Positions 45,815 to 54,477 of a DNA stretch of 57,998 bases are shown here, one piece after another. The position numbers and the translations under genes were made by a program. The notes under the pieces were generated by a model. That model was not told where the DNA came from. It searched no databases and was given only the letters and a program-made list of their open reading frames with translations. Numbering within the stretch: position 1 is the first letter of the stretch; the number at the start of each line of letters is the position of its first letter. Source of the DNA: Candidatus Omnitrophota bacterium (lineage in GTDB: Bacteria > Omnitrophota > Gorgyraeia > Zapsychrales > Fredricksoniimonadaceae); assembly GCA_037131245.1 (NCBI GenBank), contig JBAXRK010000013.1:1-57998 (forward strand), read 5' to 3'.

Positions 45815-46255
45815 TTATGCTTTCCCTTTTTTCGCCAACTCGGGCTTTTGCAAAACAATATTCTGTTTAAGAATGGTCGCCAGGATATTACGTTCATCGG
45901 CGCTGAAATGATCGTCGTTCTCGATGGAACTGACCGCCTGCGACATCGTGCGCGCGTTCAAATGGCCGCTGGCCTGCAGCTGCGTGATCTTCTCCTGAAG
46001 AGCCATCAGCGCTTCCGACATGGCCTTAAGCCGCCGGTCATGCTCCTGCAGCGCCCGATCCTGCTCTTCGGCATTCACGTTCGACATCTGCTCCGCCACG
46101 ATCTGGCGGATATCGTCCCGGGAAAGCAGGCTTACCGCCAAATGGGACTTAACCTGCTTGACGGTACCCCAGACGCCTTCCAGCTGACGCTTGGCCTGGC
46201 CGGTCAAAACGCCTAAGGTGCGCATTAATTCTAAATGAGTGCTTTCGGTGGTCAT
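45815..46255 (-). CDS. Coiled-coil protein, function unknown (146 aa)
   Basis: It has heptad-like Q/E/L/A-rich segments (EEQDRALQEHDRRLKAMSEALMALQEKITQLQ). Its ATG overlaps the stop of the Lys-rich gene (ATGA) and it ends 19 nt before the MamK-like gene. Confidence 0.6.
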   Translation of the reverse strand: MTTESTHLELMRTLGVLTGQAKRQLEGVWGTVKQVKSHLAVSLLSRDDIRQIVAEQMSNVNAEEQDRALQEHDRRLKAMSEALMALQEKITQLQASGHLNARTMSQAVSSIENDDHFSADERNILATILKQNIVLQKPELAKKGKA

Positions 46256-46596
46256 GATAATTGCGTATGGATCTTGCGGGTAGTCTTTTTCACGGCCTTT
46301 TTAACAACTTTTTTCACAGGCTGTTTTTTTGTCTTGGGCGTTGCAACCTTGGCAACGGGCGCGGCCGGTACGGCCTTGGGCGCGGGCGTGAACTTAAGGA
46401 TGCTTAAAATGCTTTTTTTGGCTTCTTTCCAAACTTTTGGCTCGACCACCTTACCGACCTTGCGGACCTTGCGGACCAGCAAGCCAGCACCGAAAGAAAC
46501 CTTCTTGAGGACTTTATTGGCCACGCTGATCTTGACCCCGGGGTTGGTTGTTATAACCTTAGCAACCGCAGGCACTTTCTTCCTTGCTTTAGCCAT
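46252..46596 (-). CDS. Lys/Val/Ala/Pro-rich highly basic small protein (114 aa)
   Basis: The composition of MAKARKKVPAVAKV...KTKKQPVKKVVKKAVKKTTRK is histone-H1/Hc1-like. The ATG at 46596 follows GGAGGA by 5 nt, whereas the track start at 46608 is a TTG. Confidence 0.6.
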   Translation of the reverse strand: MAKARKKVPAVAKVITTNPGVKISVANKVLKKVSFGAGLLVRKVRKVGKVVEPKVWKEAKKSILSILKFTPAPKAVPAAPVAKVATPKTKKQPVKKVVKKAVKKTTRKIHTQLS

Positions 46597-46610
46597 TGAA
46601 TCCTCCAAAA

Positions 46611-46639
46611 ATGAAAAAACCTGTTAAAGAATAACAGGT
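46611..46639 (-). terminator. Intrinsic terminator-like hairpin immediately upstream of the Lys-rich gene's SD
   Basis: Minus-strand RNA reads ACCUGUUA-UUCUU-UAACAGGU, a perfect 8-bp stem (complement of 46632-46639 and 46619-46626). UUUUUCAUUUUU follows, then GGAGGA. Confidence 0.6.
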
Positions 46640-46649
46640 ATCTTATACT

Positions 46650-46660
46650 CCCCCCCCCCC
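46650..46660. repeat. Homopolymer C11 (G11 on the coding-direction strand) in the PAS/Lys-rich intergenic region
   Basis: Read directly: 11 consecutive C at 46650-46660. Confidence 0.9.
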
Positions 46661-46677
46661 AAAGCAAGGAAAATTTT

Positions 46678-47583
46678 TCAGCCAGCTTTTTTCTTCAATT
46701 TTGCCAATTCCTCCTTAAGTTCCATAATGCGCTCTTCGCGGCCGACACTCGCGCGGTAAAAGACCTCCAGCTCGTTCTTCTGCAAGCGCTCTTTTTCTTC
46801 AGCGGCCTTGCGCTCGGTTATATCGCGAAACATCCAGATGCGCCCATGATACGTCCCGTCCTTGCCCACCACCGGCGCGGAATAACGGTCCAGGAACATC
46901 CCGTTACTAAACTCGATCTCATCCCGGCCGGTCTCATCCCGATGCTCAAAAAGATGCCTGACCCGGGCCACGAATTTATCCGGATACTTCACCAGGCTCA
47001 CCACATAATTCAGCAAAGAGGCATCGTCCTCATCCACCCGGACCGCCTCAGGAACATTAAAAAGCTCGAACATCCGCTGATTGACCAGTGTCCGTTTCTG
47101 CTGTGCGTCAACCACCAGGATCCCGTCGATGGACGCCGCCAGCTGAGCCTCGAGCAGCGCTGTTTTCGATCGCAAAACATCTTCCACCTTCTTGCGCTCG
47201 GAAATATCATTAACAAGAGCAACCGTATATTCCACCTTTTGACCCAGGCCCCGGACGCAGCCGACCGCCAGCTCCGTCCATACGACTGTACCATCCTTAC
47301 GGACAAAACGCTTCTCCATCCTGTACTGCTCGATCTGGCCCGCCAATAGCCGCTCGAACTGCGCGACATCCGCGGCGAGGTCATCGGGATACGTCATTTC
47401 CGCCCAGGTCATCGACAGGATCTCCTCACGCGAATACCCCAGGATGGCCGATATCTGATCGTTGACCTTGATCCAGCCTTTCTGGGGAGAAGTGACCGCG
47501 ATGCCCATCAGCGGCAATTCAAAATAACTGCGGAACGCGTTAACGGCGATCAACTCTTCCCTGGATAGACCTTCCTGCGGCAT
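46678..47583 (-). CDS. Tandem-PAS protein with C-terminal coiled coil and no output domain (301 aa)
   Basis: Two PAS/PAC units are present (YRMEKRFVRKDGTVVWTEL..., ...HGRIWMFRDITERK), followed by a K/E-rich tail. The ATG at 47583 follows AGGAGG, whereas the track start at 47601 is a GTG. Confidence 0.75.
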   Translation of the reverse strand: MPQEGLSREELIAVNAFRSYFELPLMGIAVTSPQKGWIKVNDQISAILGYSREEILSMTWAEMTYPDDLAADVAQFERLLAGQIEQYRMEKRFVRKDGTVVWTELAVGCVRGLGQKVEYTVALVNDISERKKVEDVLRSKTALLEAQLAASIDGILVVDAQQKRTLVNQRMFELFNVPEAVRVDEDDASLLNYVVSLVKYPDKFVARVRHLFEHRDETGRDEIEFSNGMFLDRYSAPVVGKDGTYHGRIWMFRDITERKAAEEKERLQKNELEVFYRASVGREERIMELKEELAKLKKKAG

Positions 47584-47591
47584 ATCGCCTC

Positions 47592-48671
47592 CTAGAACCA
47601 CTTGCGCTTTTTAAAAAAGATCAGCATGCCGATAACGATCGTCGCCATCACGCCCAGCAAGGTCACATAACCATAGCGCGTGCCCAGCTCCGGCATATTG
47701 TAAGGCGACGCCTGCGTATTAAAATTCATGCCGTACAGGCCGGCAAGAAAGGTCAGGGGAATAAAAATAGTGGCGATGATCGTCAGCACCTTCATCACTT
47801 CATTAAGCCGGTGGCTTAAGCTCGACAGGTAAATGTCGAGCATGCTGGCGGTCGTTTCCCGGAACGCCTCGATGGTATCCACCGCCTGGATCACGTGGTC
47901 GTAAATATCGCGGAAATACGCCAGCGATTCCTGGCGGATGAGCGGCGACTCGCTCTGCGTCACCGTGCGCACCACTTCACGCAGGGGCCAAATAGATTTG
48001 CGCAAAAAGATCAGCTGGCGCCGGGTCTTGTTGATCGCCTGCTGTTCTTTGACGCCGGGTTCGCGCAGCAGGGCCTCTTCAATGGCCTCGATGCGCTCCC
48101 CTACTTTTTCCAGGATCACGAAATAATTATCAATGATGGCGTCCAGGAGCGCGTACGCCAGGTAGTCGGCCTTCATCCGGCGGATGCGCCCTTTGCCGGC
48201 ACGCAGGCGCTGGCGGATATCATTGAACACGTCGCCCATTTTCTCTTCCTGGAAGGTAATGACGAAATTCGCCCCCAGGATCAGGCTCACCTGTTCCTCG
48301 ACGACCTCTTCTTTCTTGTCGTCAAAGGCCAGCATCTTGATGGAAATAAAGATATAATCGCCGAAATCCTCGGCCTTCGGGCGCTGATTGACATTAAGGA
48401 TATCTTCCAGGACCAGATGGTGGATGAGATAGCCGGCGCTAAGCTTCTCGAGCACCTCGGTGCGGTGCAAGCCATCGACATTGATCCAGGTCACGGTGGG
48501 TTTATCGCGCAGCGGCAGGCATTCCTCGATATCCGTGATCTCTTTTTCCGTCAGGGACGCCTCGTCATAATCAAAAAGAGTGACCTTCACCGCGCCCGCT
48601 TTCGCCGGGCCTTCGTAAAGCAGTGTTTCCGGCTTGCCGTATTTCTTAGACTTCCTGATCAACCGGGTCAT
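47592..48671 (-). CDS. corA: CorA-family Mg2+/Co2+ transporter
   Basis: It has the YGMNF signature (LAGLYGMNFN), two C-terminal TM helices and a typical N-terminal cytoplasmic domain. Confidence 0.9.
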   Translation of the reverse strand: MTRLIRKSKKYGKPETLLYEGPAKAGAVKVTLFDYDEASLTEKEITDIEECLPLRDKPTVTWINVDGLHRTEVLEKLSAGYLIHHLVLEDILNVNQRPKAEDFGDYIFISIKMLAFDDKKEEVVEEQVSLILGANFVITFQEEKMGDVFNDIRQRLRAGKGRIRRMKADYLAYALLDAIIDNYFVILEKVGERIEAIEEALLREPGVKEQQAINKTRRQLIFLRKSIWPLREVVRTVTQSESPLIRQESLAYFRDIYDHVIQAVDTIEAFRETTASMLDIYLSSLSHRLNEVMKVLTIIATIFIPLTFLAGLYGMNFNTQASPYNMPELGTRYGYVTLLGVMATIVIGMLIFFKKRKWF

Positions 48672-48847
48672 GCTCGGGCCTCAGTAATGATTGACGGGTG
48701 CGGGGCGGGCTTACATGCCGCCCGCAGCGCTGGCTGCCCAGGCGGGCGCAAATGCATTCATCATCGGTCACCGGGACTAAAACGTTATGGGCAAGAGGCT
48801 GGGTTTGTGGCATCGCGTGATTATCTCTCCGAATGACTGCCGCGTAA

Positions 48848-48892
48848 ACAAAAAACCAAAACGCCCTGCCCTCGCGATCTCGAGAGCAGGGC
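48848..48892 (-). terminator. Intrinsic terminator after the 124-aa exported-protein gene
   Basis: Minus-strand RNA has GCCCUGC.CUCG-loop-CGAG.GCAGGGC (arms within 48863-48892), followed by GUUUUGGUUUUUUG (complement of 48848-48862). Confidence 0.7.
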
Positions 48893-48918
48893 ATCCGGAC
48901 TTTTCATCAAAGTAACAA

Positions 48919-49293
48919 TTACTTCTTTACCGCTTCAACCGGAGCGCCAGCCTTGGCATCCACTGTCGCGTCAACCGGAGCCTCTACAGGCGCTTCAGCT
49001 TTTAAGACCCTGACGCCCGCTGATTCATCGGTACCGGCCTTCAGCTTGATGCGCACGCGATCGCCAACTTTAAGCTGGGACGCCGCTTTGGCGCTGATCG
49101 AAATAGTCCGGGAGGCGCCGGTCTTTTCCTCTTTAACGACGATCGTTTTGGCTGCCACATCAAGCGACACGACCGAAGCCACGATACGGTCAAACTTCTG
49201 ACCATCCGCCTTTTTCCCCTTCGCCGCGAAACCCGTGGTGGCGAAACTCACCGTTAACAAAACCGCTAAAACAATCCCCGCCAGCTTTTTCAT
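48919..49293 (-). CDS. Small exported protein, function unknown (124 aa)
   Basis: The signal peptide is MKKLAGIVLAVLLTVSFATTGFA. The core is beta-rich and the tail is repetitive, APVEAPVDATVDAKAGAPVEA. Confidence 0.6.
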   Translation of the reverse strand: MKKLAGIVLAVLLTVSFATTGFAAKGKKADGQKFDRIVASVVSLDVAAKTIVVKEEKTGASRTISISAKAASQLKVGDRVRIKLKAGTDESAGVRVLKAEAPVEAPVDATVDAKAGAPVEAVKK

Positions 49294-49405
49294 AACCGCC
49301 CCTTCCTAAAATTTTAACGACTGTCTTGATCGGGCCGCCTGCGCGGGGCCCTGATTTCCTAATATACACATTTTTAGGTGAATATGAACCAATAAATAAA
49401 AGGAG

Positions 49406-50737
49406 TTATTCCGGCCGGTCAAGGCTGGCATCGCGCGTTTCACGCGACAATAAAAGAGCAATGAACGTGAGAGCCACCAGCGACGATAGATACAGCCCGA
49501 CCGACCCCACCCCGTGCTGGCGCACCAGCCACACCGCGACGAACGGCGTGAGTGCCGCCCCCAGGATAGAGGACAGATTATAGGAAATGCCGGAGCCGGT
49601 ATAACGCACGTTTGTCGGAAAAAGCTCCGGGAGGACCGCCGACATCGGGCCGAAACTCAGGCCCATCAGCGCCATGCCGGTGCTCAGGAAAAGCAGCATC
49701 AAGCCCTGATCCGCGCCCTCGCCCGTCCCCATAACGGCGGGAGCAAGAAAAAGCCGGAATGAAAAGCCGAAAAGGATGATCGCGCCCGTCACCGACAGCA
49801 ACACGCTGCGGCGGCCGAAGCGATCAGCTAGCCACCCCGATACCGGCACCATCGCCGCGAAAAAGAAAACGGAAATGATCTGTAAAACAAGGAAACTGCG
49901 ATAGCCGATCCCCAGGAACCCGAGTTCCGGTTTGCCGATCGCGTAAGACAGGATCCAGGTGGTCATCAAATAAAACAGGCCGTAGGTCGCCAGCATGATG
50001 AACGTGCCCAGGACCAGCTCCCTGAGATGGCTGCGAAATACCGTCGAGAGCGGGACTTTTAACTTTTCGCCTCGGGCTACGGCTCGGGCAAAAACGGGTG
50101 TTTCCTCGAGCTGGAAACGGACATAAAGCCCGATCGCCACCATCACCACCGATGCCAGGAAAGGAATGCGCCAACCCCAGAGCAGAAAGTCGCCCTGTAA
50201 TTGCGCCTGGGCGGAATTGTAGTTGAACATGACGGTCAGAAGAAGAAAGAACCCATTGGCGAGAATGAACCCGAACGGCGCGCCCAACTGCGGCCACATG
50301 GCAGCCCAGGCCCTTTTGCCGTCAGCCGCGGTCTCGGTGGCCAGAAGCGCCGCGCCCGACCATTCACCGCCCAGACCGAGGCCCTGGCAGAAACGCAGGA
50401 TCGTTAGCAATACCGGCGCGAGCAAACCGATCTGCGCGACCGTCGGCAACAGGCCGATCAAAAAAGTCGCGACGCCCATGGTGAGCAGCGACCCCACCAG
50501 GGTCGCCTTGCGTCCGATGCGGTCACCGAAATGGCCAAAAAGGATGGATCCCACCGGACGGGCCACAAAAGCCACCCCGAAGGTTGCCATCGACGCCAGA
50601 AGGGCCGCGCTCGCGTCACTTTTGGGGAAGAAAAGAAGAGGAAAAACCGACACCGCCGCCGTGGCATAGATATAGAAATCGTAGAACTCAATGGTGGTGC
50701 CCACCATGCTGGCGATGATGATGCGCTTGTCTAGCAT
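49406..50737 (-). CDS. MFS transporter, metabolite:H+ symporter (MHS) type
   Basis: It has FYDFYIYATAA, GHFGDRIGRK and 12 TM helices. Confidence 0.8.
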   Translation of the reverse strand: MLDKRIIIASMVGTTIEFYDFYIYATAAVSVFPLLFFPKSDASAALLASMATFGVAFVARPVGSILFGHFGDRIGRKATLVGSLLTMGVATFLIGLLPTVAQIGLLAPVLLTILRFCQGLGLGGEWSGAALLATETAADGKRAWAAMWPQLGAPFGFILANGFFLLLTVMFNYNSAQAQLQGDFLLWGWRIPFLASVVMVAIGLYVRFQLEETPVFARAVARGEKLKVPLSTVFRSHLRELVLGTFIMLATYGLFYLMTTWILSYAIGKPELGFLGIGYRSFLVLQIISVFFFAAMVPVSGWLADRFGRRSVLLSVTGAIILFGFSFRLFLAPAVMGTGEGADQGLMLLFLSTGMALMGLSFGPMSAVLPELFPTNVRYTGSGISYNLSSILGAALTPFVAVWLVRQHGVGSVGLYLSSLVALTFIALLLSRETRDASLDRPE

Positions 50738-50769
50738 ATTGAAGTCACATCATAGAGGACACAGCGCTG

Positions 50770-51729
50770 TTATACAAGAACGCCCTGCAACATGTTGAAC
50801 ATGTAGCCCGTTAAGATGATCGCGACCGTCGTGATCAGAAAAAACATCGCGATAAGCGGCAACTTCATCGCCCGGCGCAGCATGATGGCCTCCGGCAAGC
50901 TGAGCGCGGAGACCGCCATCATAAATGAAAGCGCCGTCCCCAACGGAATGCCTTTTTCAAAAAGCACGACCGCAACCGGCACGATCGCCGCGCAACTGCC
51001 GTACATCGGCACCCCGATGAGGGTCGCGATCGGAACAGAGAAGATGCCAGTTTTACCCAACAGGCCCTGGATCATCGACTCCGGCACGTAATTATGAATG
51101 ACCGCGCCGATACCGACCCCAACCAGGACCCATAGCCAGAGCTTCTGCACGATGCCCACGGCTTCTGTCCAGCCGAAAGCCAGGCGCGTTTTAAACGTAT
51201 ACTTTTCTTCAACCTGTGCCAAGCCGGCATCGGCACCGTACATATCCGCGACCAGATATTTTTCGAGCTTCATTTTTCCCAGAACCAGCCCGGAAAAGAT
51301 CCCGATCGACAAGCCGCTCACCACATACATCAAGGCGATCTTCCAGCCAAAAGTCCCCAGCATCAAGACCACCAGATACTCATTGATCACAGGGGAGGTG
51401 ATCAAAAATGAAAAGGTGACCCCCAGCGGAACGCCCGCTTTAAGAAAACTAAGGAAGATCGGGATCGACGAGCAGGAGCAGAACGGTGTTACCGCCCCGA
51501 ACACCGACGCCATTATGTTCCCCATGATCCCGCGGGCTGTCAGCCACCGCTTTAATCTTTCCTGTGGCAGAAACGTGCGAAGAACGCCGATCAGCAAGAT
51601 CATCACAAAAAGCAAGAGGAGGATCTTAATGGAATCGTAAATAAAATAATTAAGGAATTGCGGCAGCTGAGCCTTAGGGTCAAGCTTGAATAATCCGTAA
51701 ACCAGCCAATCGGTAAATAAAGCGATCAT
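50770..51729 (-). CDS. arsP: Permease of the ArsP/DUF318 family (putative organoarsenical efflux)
   Basis: It is a polytopic membrane protein with the vicinal-Cys motif [10 protein letters not shown]. Its ATG overlaps the arsC stop, placing it in the ars operon context. Confidence 0.65.
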   Translation of the reverse strand: MIALFTDWLVYGLFKLDPKAQLPQFLNYFIYDSIKILLLLFVMILLIGVLRTFLPQERLKRWLTARGIMGNIMASVFGAVTPFCSCSSIPIFLSFLKAGVPLGVTFSFLITSPVINEYLVVLMLGTFGWKIALMYVVSGLSIGIFSGLVLGKMKLEKYLVADMYGADAGLAQVEEKYTFKTRLAFGWTEAVGIVQKLWLWVLVGVGIGAVIHNYVPESMIQGLLGKTGIFSVPIATLIGVPMYGSCAAIVPVAVVLFEKGIPLGTALSFMMAVSALSLPEAIMLRRAMKLPLIAMFFLITTVAIILTGYMFNMLQGVLV

Positions 51730-52160
51730 GACGTCTCCCGCTCTTTAAGGAACTCTTTGATCCTGGCCGCTATCTGCTCGCGCACGACGCGTGTCTGCGC
51801 CAGTTTCTCTTCATGGGGCCCCTCGAATTTCGACGGGTCCGTAAAGCCCCAATGCAACCTTTTAGCCAGCCCCGGGAACACCGGGCAGCGTTCCGCGCTG
51901 GTCTCGTCACACACCGTGATCACGTAACTGTAAAGCCGGCCCTGTTTCAACAGATCAAAGACCGCCTGCGTCTTTTTACCCGTGATATCGATCCCGAGTT
52001 CCTTGAGCACGTCGATGACCACCGGATTCAATTTTCCCGGCTCGATCCCGGCGCTCTCCACTTCAAAACGATCCCCGCCGAATTTACGCAGCAATTCCTC
52101 AGCCATCTGGCTGCGGGCGGAATTATGGATACACACGAACAGGACTTTTTCTTTTGTCAT
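51726..52160 (-). CDS. arsC: Arsenate reductase, LMW-PTP (thioredoxin-coupled) type
   Basis: It has the CX5R P-loop [13 protein letters not shown] plus the downstream Cys pair [11 protein letters not shown]. Confidence 0.85.
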   Translation of the reverse strand: MTKEKVLFVCIHNSARSQMAEELLRKFGGDRFEVESAGIEPGKLNPVVIDVLKELGIDITGKKTQAVFDLLKQGRLYSYVITVCDETSAERCPVFPGLAKRLHWGFTDPSKFEGPHEEKLAQTRVVREQIAARIKEFLKERETS

Positions 52161-53188
52161 ACGCTTTTCTCCTTTTGATGAAGCATTCTTGCCACCTGGA
52201 CCAGCCCGATCATGACCGGCACCTCGACCAGCGGCCCGATCACTGCCGCGAAAGCCGCTCCCGAATTAATGCCGAACACCGCGATGGCGACCGCGATCGC
52301 CAGCTCAAAGTTGTTACTGGCCGCGGTGAACGAAAGTGTCACTGTCTTCGCGTGGTCTGCCCCGGCCTTTCGGCTCATGACAAACGACAGCAGGAACATG
52401 ACCACAAAATAGATCAAGAGCGGCACCGCGATCCTAAGAACATCGAAAGGGATCCTGACGATATATTCCCCTTTAAGGGAGAACATCACAACAATCGTGA
52501 ACAAAAGCGCGATCAGCGTCATCGGGCTGATCCGGGGAATGAACACCGTTTCGTACCATTCCCTGCCCTTAAGCCGTAACAGGCAGAACCGCGAGATCAT
52601 CCCCGCCAGGAACGGGATGCCCAGGTAAATAAAGACGCTTTTGGCGATCTGGGTGATCGTGACATTTACCGCCACGCCTTTTAAGCCAAACCAACTTGGC
52701 AGGATAGTCATAAAAACCCAAGCATAGACCGAAAAGAACAGCACCTGAAAAACCGCGTTGAATGCTACCAGCCCGGCGCAGTATTCGGTATCGCCGTCAG
52801 CCAGATCGTTCCAGACAATGACCATAGCGATGCACCGGGCTAACCCGATCATGATGAGCCCGGCCATGTACTCGGGATAACCTCTCAGGAAAATGATAGC
52901 GAGCGCGAACATCAGGATCGGCCCAATGATCCAATTCTGGACCAGCGACAGCACAAGGATCCTGACATCCTTAAAAACATCCCCCAGCTCTTCGTACTTA
53001 ACTTTGGCCAGCGGCGGATACATCATCAGGATCAAGCCGGCCGCGATGGGCACATTAGTCGTGCCGGAACGGAACTGGTCCCAAAACCCGGCGACACCCG
53101 GAAAGAGCGATCCGGCTGCCACGCCAATAGCCATCGCGAGGAAAATCCATAACGTTAAATAATTGTCGAGAAACGAAAGTTTTTTCAT
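52157..53188 (-). CDS. acr3: ACR3-family arsenite efflux transporter
   Basis: The N-terminus [23 protein letters not shown] is ACR3-like and there are 10 TM helices. Both ends are overlap-coupled to neighbouring genes. Confidence 0.85.
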   Translation of the reverse strand: MKKLSFLDNYLTLWIFLAMAIGVAAGSLFPGVAGFWDQFRSGTTNVPIAAGLILMMYPPLAKVKYEELGDVFKDVRILVLSLVQNWIIGPILMFALAIIFLRGYPEYMAGLIMIGLARCIAMVIVWNDLADGDTEYCAGLVAFNAVFQVLFFSVYAWVFMTILPSWFGLKGVAVNVTITQIAKSVFIYLGIPFLAGMISRFCLLRLKGREWYETVFIPRISPMTLIALLFTIVVMFSLKGEYIVRIPFDVLRIAVPLLIYFVVMFLLSFVMSRKAGADHAKTVTLSFTAASNNFELAIAVAIAVFGINSGAAFAAVIGPLVEVPVMIGLVQVARMLHQKEKSV

Positions 53189-53490
53189 GACTTCCTATCA
53201 TCTTTAACACTGCAACAACCGCCTTCGATGCGCAGCGCTTTGATATTAACCAGCCCGTCCGCCACTTTCTGATGGGCGGAAGAAAGGATGCGCGTGAACG
53301 TGGGACGTGAGACCTTCATCAGTTTTCCTGCCCGGGCATGCGTCAACCCCTCAAGATCAGCCAGCCGGATGGCCTCAAATTCATCGATGGTGATCGCCAC
53401 CCCTTCCAAAGCGCCCGTTTTTTTACACTTGGGAAGAAAACAGCGCTCCCCCGGCAGGCATTTGATCCATCGGGTCTTCTTGGGCCTCAT
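53185..53490 (-). CDS. DUF134 (UPF0251) putative DNA-binding protein, first gene of the ars operon
   Basis: It has the DUF134 pattern ...[11 protein letters not shown]...[59 protein letters not shown] (a sigma70-region-4-like HTH). Cysteines are at positions 11, 17, 22, 92 and 93. Confidence 0.75.
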   Translation of the reverse strand: MRPKKTRWIKCLPGERCFLPKCKKTGALEGVAITIDEFEAIRLADLEGLTHARAGKLMKVSRPTFTRILSSAHQKVADGLVNIKALRIEGGCCSVKDDRKS

Positions 53491-53502
53491 GTCTTATCTC
53501 CT

Positions 53503-53546
53503 TTATGAACCATGGTTCATAATAACGCACAAAAAAAATTAGTCAA
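53503..53546 (-). promoter_or_regulatory. ars operon promoter (TTGACT-N16-TATTAT) with an overlapping perfect palindromic operator
   Basis: The -35 is the complement of 53541-53546 and the -10 is the complement of 53519-53524. The palindrome TTATGAACCATGGTTCATAA at 53503-53522 (16-nt core ATGAACCATGGTTCAT) overlaps the -10 and +1 region, 13 nt upstream of the DUF134 ATG. Confidence 0.65.
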
Positions 53547-53549
53547 GAT

Positions 53550-53570
53550 AATAGGGCTCTGTCCCCTATT
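53550..53570. repeat. Palindromic repeat element copy 1 (AATAGGG-N7-CCCTATT)
   Basis: aatagggctctgtcccctatt was read directly. It contains the stop codon of the SPFH gene and abuts the ars -35 box. Confidence 0.8.
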
Positions 53571-54477
53571 TGCCAGTTGGTGGGCGCGGATCGACCATCA
53601 GCTGGGTCATGAGGTCTCCCCTGGAACGCGTGGGAAGAATAACGATATCGGCTTCGCCGGCAATGATCTGGCGGGTCTCGAGGATCTCGAATAGGATCTC
53701 GGCCACATCCTTGTCGGAAGCGACCCGCTGCAACTCGGCGCCCACGATCTGGGAGCGGATAGCGGCGGCGCGCGCGAACTCGGTAGCGGCGTCTTTCTCG
53801 GCGGTGCTGCTGATGATATTGACCGTATTCGACCCGTCCTGACGGATGGCAGAGGTCACCTGCCGCAGGCGGTTGACGACTTTCTCCTCGATCTGCTTGA
53901 CCATCCCCAGGTCACGAAAATGAACCTTACGGATATAGACCGACCCAAGGTCATAACCCCAGTCCTTGGATAAAGGCGAAACTTCGTCGCGCACCGTGAT
54001 GCTCATCGCGTGGCGGTCATCAAGCATGTTCGCGAGCTTCAAATTACTCAAACAGCGCACGGTCGCGCTGCTCACATTCGCGCGCAGCGACCCGCGCGGA
54101 TCAAGATTCCGGAACACATGCGCTACCGGATCGGTAATGAACATCTCGTACCAGACGCCGATCCCCATGGGAGCGCCTTCTTCGGAGTTCACGGGATTGC
54201 TGCGGATATACTCCTGGTCGAGGCGAATATCGCGCACATGGCATTGGCCGAAAATATTCACGATAAGCGCGCTGGCCCCAAGTTCGGTCCAGAGAAAATG
54301 CAGGCCCGGCTCGCGGATAACGCCCACCACCTTGCCGAACAGCACATAGACCCGCGCTTCATTCTCGTTAACGACGGTAAAAACACCCAGTAGATAACAA
54401 AGGCCAAGAATAAGGGGCTCAAGGATGAAACAGGCGACCGCCGCGGCAATAACAATAGCAAAAGGAGGCAGGATCAT
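53566..54477 (-). CDS. SPFH/Band-7 domain membrane protein
   Basis: An N-terminal TM is followed by a prohibitin-homology-like region (VYVLFGKVVGVIREPGLHFLW...). The ATG overlaps the stop of the upstream SPFH gene. Confidence 0.65.
   Translation of the reverse strand: MILPPFAIVIAAAVACFILEPLILGLCYLLGVFTVVNENEARVYVLFGKVVGVIREPGLHFLWTELGASALIVNIFGQCHVRDIRLDQEYIRSNPVNSEEGAPMGIGVWYEMFITDPVAHVFRNLDPRGSLRANVSSATVRCLSNLKLANMLDDRHAMSITVRDEVSPLSKDWGYDLGSVYIRKVHFRDLGMVKQIEEKVVNRLRQVTSAIRQDGSNTVNIISSTAEKDAATEFARAAAIRSQIVGAELQRVASDKDVAEILFEILETRQIIAGEADIVILPTRSRGDLMTQLMVDPRPPTGK

Noticed and set aside
44728-46596. ParMRC/Alp-type plasmid segregation cassette (actin-like ATPase plus small basic DNA-binding protein)
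   Set aside because: The ATPase matches MamK motifs rather than ParM, AlfA or Alp7A. No centromere-like repeat array, replication gene or mobile-element gene is nearby, and the context is chromosomal. A DNA-related role for the Lys-rich protein cannot be excluded.
41028-48671. Calling the region a magnetosome gene cluster
   Set aside because: Only a MamK-like actin and a generic TPR protein are present. No CDF transporters, HtrA-like proteases, magnetochrome, LemA-like or MamI/L-like genes are seen, and corA is not a magnetosome iron transporter. It is reported only as an orphan MamK-type module.
48672-48847. M-box (Mg2+) riboswitch upstream of corA
   Set aside because: I could not recognise the conserved M-box core by eye. 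Only short GC-rich alternative pairings are present, so it is reported only as a low-interest structured leader.
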